NCBI GenBank assembly: GCA_965214605.1
Contig: OZ243961.1
Location: forward strand, 576,001 to 640,000
Direction: 5' to 3'
DNA length: 64,000 bases
DNA from: an uncultured Candidatus Binatia bacterium
Lineage (GTDB): Bacteria; Desulfobacterota; Binatia; Bin18
Below the pieces are notes generated by a model. It had not been told where the DNA came from and made no database searches. It worked only from the letters and a program-made list of their open reading frames with translations. This document shows, piece by piece, positions 59,369 to 64,000 of this stretch (the first letter of the stretch is position 1; each line of letters opens with the position of its first letter). The position numbers were made by a program, and so were the translations under genes.

Positions 59369-61270
59369 GTGCCGCAGAAAATCATTATTAATGCAACTCC
59401 CTATGAGGCCAGGGTGGCCCTCCTGGAGAACGAAACCCTGGTTGAAATCCATATCGAACGAACCCAACAGCGCAATATCGCTGGGAATATCTATCTCGGC
59501 CGTGTCACCCGGGTGCTGCCCGGTATGCAGGCCGCCTTTGTCGATATCGGCCTGGAAAAGGCCGGTTTTATCCACGCCTCAGACCTGTTTGGCGGGACAC
59601 TTCCGGCCGGCTATGCCGAAGATGATGCTGAGGATGGGGCTGAAGACGAAGCCGACGGTGGCACGGAGAATGGCGAACTGGACACCGCCGCGCTGAGCGC
59701 GGCCTATCGGCAGTATGGGTCGGATGATTCGGACGAACTCGACCAACGAGCCGAGCCCGATGAGTTGCTAGACGGACCGGACGAACCTGAAAACGCACAG
59801 GCCTATGACGAGGGGTCCGACCAGACCAAACAGTCCCTGCCGGCTGCGGCTAAGGCGGGTTCCAGCGGACGTGGTCGGCGCCGGCGCTTCTCGCCCCCCC
59901 TTCTGCCCCTGGAAGACAAGATCAAGAAGAACCAAGAAATCCTGGTTCAGGTCGCCAAAGAGTCGATTGGTACCAAAGGGCCGCGTTTGACTTCCCACAT
60001 TTCCCTGCCTGGGCGACATTTGGTGTATACCCCGACGGCCAGCCATATTGGCGTTTCGCGCCGCATTGCCGATCCCAAAGAACGCAAGCGTCTCCGTCAA
60101 ATCGTCGCCGATATGAAGTCTGAGGGGGGCTTTATTGTCCGCACCGCGTGTGAAGGACTGACGAAGAAAGAAATTCAGGATGATATGCGTTTTTTGTTGA
60201 GGCTGTGGAACGGCCTCAACAAAAAGCGTGAAAACAACGACGCGCCCGCGCTGTTGCACGAGGACATGGACGTCATTTTACGCATTATTCGGGACTTGTT
60301 GACCGCCGAGGTCGATCAAGTGGCGGTCGACAACCCTGACGCCCATAAACGGATCAAAGAGTTCGCGGCTACTTTTCTGCCCCGCTCAAGGACCCGCATC
60401 CAGTACTATGCCCGGCCAGAACCGATCTTTGATTACTACAAGGTCGAACCCCAGATTGCCAAAGCCTTAGAGCGTCGAGTGTACCTCAAATCGGGTGGCC
60501 ATATCGTGCTTGATCAGACCGAAGCGCTGACCGCGATTGATGTCAACACCGGCCGTTTTGTGGGCAAGCGTGACCAAGAAGAGACCATGCTGCGGACCAA
60601 CCTGGAGGCCAGCAAGGTTATTGTTGAACAGTTGCGCTTACGTAATCTGGGCGGGCTGATCATTATTGATTTCATCGACATGGAGCGGACGGCCAACCGC
60701 AACAAAGTCACCGAAACTATGCGGGCGGCACTGAGAAAAGATAAAACGCGCAGCAATATGCGCAAGATCAGCGAGCTGGGCCTAGTCCAAATGACGCGTA
60801 AGCGTACCCGCGAGAGCCTCAAGCAGCAGCTGTGCGACCCGTGTCCCTACTGTAACGGCAACGGCGTGCTACGATCAGTGCCGACGCTTGCCTATAATAT
60901 CTTCCGTCACCTGCCCAACGCCGCCGCCCTGCATCCCAACGCCGCCGCCCTGCTCATTAAAGCTCACCCCGAGGTCGTCACTTTTCTGTACGACGAAGAG
61001 AGCGAACACCTTGAGGACTTGGAACGGCGCTTAGGCAAACGCTTCTTTCTGCGTGCAACGCCTAATATGCATCTGGAAGAGTACAGCGTCGATGTCGTTG
61101 GCCCTGAATCGGCCCTACCGCCGCCGAGCAAGAAGGGCGTGTCTCAGGCTACCCGGCCAAAGATCAAGCCACAGGACCTCCAGTCGGCCGCTCAGGCCAG
61201 CAGACGAGGAACCTCACCTCGAGGACGGCCACGCGGCCGTCGGGCGGCGGCGTCGCCCGACGGCGGTTAA
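59369..61270 (+). CDS. Rne/Rng family ribonuclease
   Basis: GNIYLGRVTRVLPGMQAAFVDIG, AIDVNTG, LRLRNLGGLIIIDFIDM, CPYCNG. Confidence 0.93.
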   Translation: MPQKIIINATPYEARVALLENETLVEIHIERTQQRNIAGNIYLGRVTRVLPGMQAAFVDIGLEKAGFIHASDLFGGTLPAGYAEDDAEDGAEDEADGGTENGELDTAALSAAYRQYGSDDSDELDQRAEPDELLDGPDEPENAQAYDEGSDQTKQSLPAAAKAGSSGRGRRRRFSPPLLPLEDKIKKNQEILVQVAKESIGTKGPRLTSHISLPGRHLVYTPTASHIGVSRRIADPKERKRLRQIVADMKSEGGFIVRTACEGLTKKEIQDDMRFLLRLWNGLNKKRENNDAPALLHEDMDVILRIIRDLLTAEVDQVAVDNPDAHKRIKEFAATFLPRSRTRIQYYARPEPIFDYYKVEPQIAKALERRVYLKSGGHIVLDQTEALTAIDVNTGRFVGKRDQEETMLRTNLEASKVIVEQLRLRNLGGLIIIDFIDMERTANRNKVTETMRAALRKDKTRSNMRKISELGLVQMTRKRTRESLKQQLCDPCPYCNGNGVLRSVPTLAYNIFRHLPNAAALHPNAAALLIKAHPEVVTFLYDEESEHLEDLERRLGKRFFLRATPNMHLEEYSVDVVGPESALPPPSKKGVSQATRPKIKPQDLQSAAQASRRGTSPRGRPRGRRAAASPDGG

Positions 61271-62156
61271 ACGTTAGAGGCTCCGACCCTTCGCCTCCCA
61301 CCTAGCCCGCTATGACACAGGTCAGGCGGCGCGGGTCGGCGGCGCCTGCCAAGACGCCGCTGCGTGGATCGCGTTGCGGGATTACTGACTCCGATACCGC
61401 AAGCGCCAACACGGTTGAGTGTATGCCCGAGGGCGCCTAGCCCCTGCACCTGCAACCTCCTCTTCTGAGGTTGAAGACACCTCAGTGATAGACAGGCGGG
61501 TCATAATGCGTTGACCATGGATCGACAAGCGGGAGCCTTCCACCACCGGAGACCAGAATGTTGAGCGTCAGTTGCCCTGAGTCTGATCGTCGTCACCTGG
61601 CAGCCGAAAATCATGACGGACTAGCCGTCGTGGCAGACCAAGCAATGCACCAACCTTGTACGGAGCCGTTGGCGGCTGCGTCGTCAAGGAAAAACATCTT
61701 GCTCGGGGTGCTCAGCGTACAGCCGGGTTCCGAGACGAAAGCTGATTTCGAAACACGTTACCACCTAGGACGAGAGAGACGATATTGCCCTCGCCATCAA
61801 TCAAGTGGCGTCTTCCTCCGAGGCGTTTGGGCTCTGGACTGCCGCTACCTGGTGGATTTCCATACGCGGAAAGTTCTGGGCACGCCCGTACGCCAACCGC
61901 CTTTCACGCGTTCTGTGGCGTATCCGTCGTCAAGCAGACTCTCGAGTGGCATGGAAGCAAACAACGGAGCACTCTCATAGCATTCGTGGTCAACAAAGGC
62001 GCGCTTGAGCACCTTGGCGCCAGTAGGCACTGGACTGTAGGGGGTTGGGCGTACAGCTAAAGGCTCATGCGTCTTGACTAGGATTACGGTTTGGCAGTAG
62101 CGAAAACAGCCTGCTCCCGTGACGTTTTCCGTCCATGCACCATCAATGGCGGCTGT

Positions 62157-62924
62157 CTAGCCGAGGGTGACCCCGCCGTCAACAATAATATTCTGGCCGG
62201 TCACAAAATCCGAGGCGGGGGCGGCAAGAAAAATCGCGGCTCCGAGCAAATCCCGTGCTTCGCCGACCCGACGCAGCGGGGTTTGGCGGATCATCTCCTG
62301 TTCGACCTCGGGTCGGGCCAGATGCGGAGCCGTCATTCCGGTCCGGATATAACCGGGACTAAAACAGTTGACGTATACCCGATGCCGAGCCCAGCGCATA
62401 GCCAGCACCCGGGTGAGGTGAATCACCCCGGCCTTGGCGACCGAGTAGGTGAGACCCGAGTTGACAACCAGGCCAGAGATGGAGGCAGTGTTAATAATCT
62501 TCCCCCCGCCATGGGCGATCATATACCGCCCAGCCGCCTGGGCACACAAAAAGACCCCGGTCATATCGACATCCAGCTCGGTTTGCCAATCATCCAGACT
62601 GAGATCTTCGGGCTTCACAATCTTGAGAATACCCGCATTATTGAACGCAAAATCAAGGCCGCCGAGCTGCTCGGCGGTAAAATTGATCAGCTCTTCAACT
62701 TCGGCCTGTTGGGCGACATCACTCTGGAGCGGGTAGGCTTTTTGCCCAGTGGCGCGGCGGATCTCCTGCGCCACTTGTTGGGCGCCATCAAGATGTATAT
62801 CGCTGATCACGACCGATGCCCCAGCTTCGGCCAAACCGTGTGCAATAGCCCGGCCTAACCCTGAGCCACCCCCGGTTACATAGCCCCGTTTGCCTGACAG
62901 ATCAAAGAGTGGGTGTCCGCTCAT
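62157..62924 (-). CDS. short-chain dehydrogenase/reductase
   Basis: TGGGSGLG, NNAG, YSVAK, PGYIRT, VDGG. Confidence 0.93.
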   Translation of the reverse strand: MSGHPLFDLSGKRGYVTGGGSGLGRAIAHGLAEAGASVVISDIHLDGAQQVAQEIRRATGQKAYPLQSDVAQQAEVEELINFTAEQLGGLDFAFNNAGILKIVKPEDLSLDDWQTELDVDMTGVFLCAQAAGRYMIAHGGGKIINTASISGLVVNSGLTYSVAKAGVIHLTRVLAMRWARHRVYVNCFSPGYIRTGMTAPHLARPEVEQEMIRQTPLRRVGEARDLLGAAIFLAAPASDFVTGQNIIVDGGVTLG

Positions 62925-63085
62925 ATCTCATCCTTTCTCGCTCCCCTTGTAGCCAGCCGCTCGTCGCAAGGCAAGATATGAGGCCAAGCCGCTTTAGATT
63001 GAACAACTCCGACGCATATGTCATACCTGAAACGCTCTGCTCCGACTTTGTCGCCCGGATGCGGGGCCAAGGAGCGTTGAGTCCC

Positions 63086-63340
63086 GTGCGCCAAGAATTA
63101 TTAGACATCCTAGTGTGCCCCGAAACAAAGCAAGCGGTCCACCTAGCCGAGGCGAGTCTCCTTGACCAGCTCAACCAGCGTATCCATCAGGGCACCCTGG
63201 CCAACCGGGGTGGCACAATCCTCACCACCCCCTTGGAAGCCGTACTCGTCCGCGAAGACCGTCAGTATTGCTATCCCATCCGGGCTGACATCCCGGTCAT
63301 GTTGATCGATGAGGCTATCCGGCTAGACGACCTGTCCTGA
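63086..63340 (+). CDS. Trm112 family protein
   Basis: ELLDILVCPETK...YPIRADIPVMLIDEA. GTG start inferred. Confidence 0.85.
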   Translation: MRQELLDILVCPETKQAVHLAEASLLDQLNQRIHQGTLANRGGTILTTPLEAVLVREDRQYCYPIRADIPVMLIDEAIRLDDLS

Positions 63341-63518
63341 GAGGGCCAAAAAATCTGAACCTCCGGGGTCCTGAGTTGCGTGGCAGACTAGTCGTCTGAT
63401 AGACTGGCCTGCCTTGAGGCAAGTGTAGATGAGGAGGCGGGTGGCAGTGGAAATGCCTCTCGAACCGTTTTGGGGATATGTCTGTCCAACGCTTTCCTTC
63501 TCCCGATCACAGAATCAT

Positions 63519-64000
63519 ATGTGGAGAAAGGTTGGCCCGAGCAGTCTGCGTCTGATGACGCTGGTAGCAGCAAGCCTCGGCCTGCTGCTAGGGGACGCTG
63601 ATGCGGCTGGGCTTCGCGTCCTCAAACGTATCCACCATACCTCGGTCCAGGAATACACCCGGGTGGTCATCACCCTCTCAGAAGAAACTCCGCATCGCAT
63701 TTTCACCCTACCGGCCGACTCGGCCAGTCGGCGTCCGCCGCGTATTGTCATTGACTTCTCATCCGCCGCTCTCAGCCCACGGACGCCGCGCACCCTCCCG
63801 ATTCATAAGGGCCTACTCAAACAGGTGCGCACCGGGCAGTTTGATCCGACAACGGTCCGGGTTGTCCTGGATGTTGAGCGGCTTGACGCACATCGAGCCT
63901 TTGCCCTCTATGGGCCGTACCGCCTAGTTATCGATATACGCGGACGCCAGCCCCGACCGGCCGCACCAACTGGTCAACAGGCGAAGCGTCAAAAGATTAT
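63519..64000 (+). CDS. AMIN-domain protein, probably N-acetylmuramoyl-L-alanine amidase (partial)
   Basis: Manual translation: signal peptide, YTRVVITL, PPRIVIDF, VRTGQFDPTTVRVVLD, PYRLVIDI; runs off window. Confidence 0.8.
   Translation, partial: MWRKVGPSSLRLMTLVAASLGLLLGDADAAGLRVLKRIHHTSVQEYTRVVITLSEETPHRIFTLPADSASRRPPRIVIDFSSAALSPRTPRTLPIHKGLLKQVRTGQFDPTTVRVVLDVERLDAHRAFALYGPYRLVIDIRGRQPRPAAPTGQQAKRQKI

Overview
GC-rich bacterial chromosome segment. The gene content (LLM oxidoreductases, EthD proteins, acyl-CoA dehydrogenase, thiolase, MMPL/RND transporter, selenoproteins) resembles Binatia-like 'deltaproteobacteria', possibly host-associated; this taxonomy is inference only. The main feature is a complete minimal type V-C CRISPR-Cas locus at 31.9-37.5 kb: cas12c (about 1261 aa, three RuvC motifs intact), a candidate scout/tracrRNA, a convergent stand-alone cas1 (no cas2 or cas4), an AT-rich leader and a 16-repeat array with short spacers. 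The array is unusual in three ways. One spacer is present 10 times in tandem. Five of 6 distinct spacers contain ATG, and three share GCATGA. A 22/24 inverted copy of the repeat lies 1.44 kb downstream in the hisH 5' region, so hisH-hisA is bracketed by inverted CRISPR repeats; both mismatches are G:U compatible. Other notable items: two UGA-recoded selenoproteins with near-identical SECIS-like hairpins, a trp leader-peptide attenuator with two terminators, a 3.9-kb insert between 208-bp direct repeats carrying tandem variable-heptad coiled-coil/nuclease-fold genes, a thiolase plus two-diiron-protein operon, and several pseudogenes. All calls come from motif recognition by eye; no searches were run.
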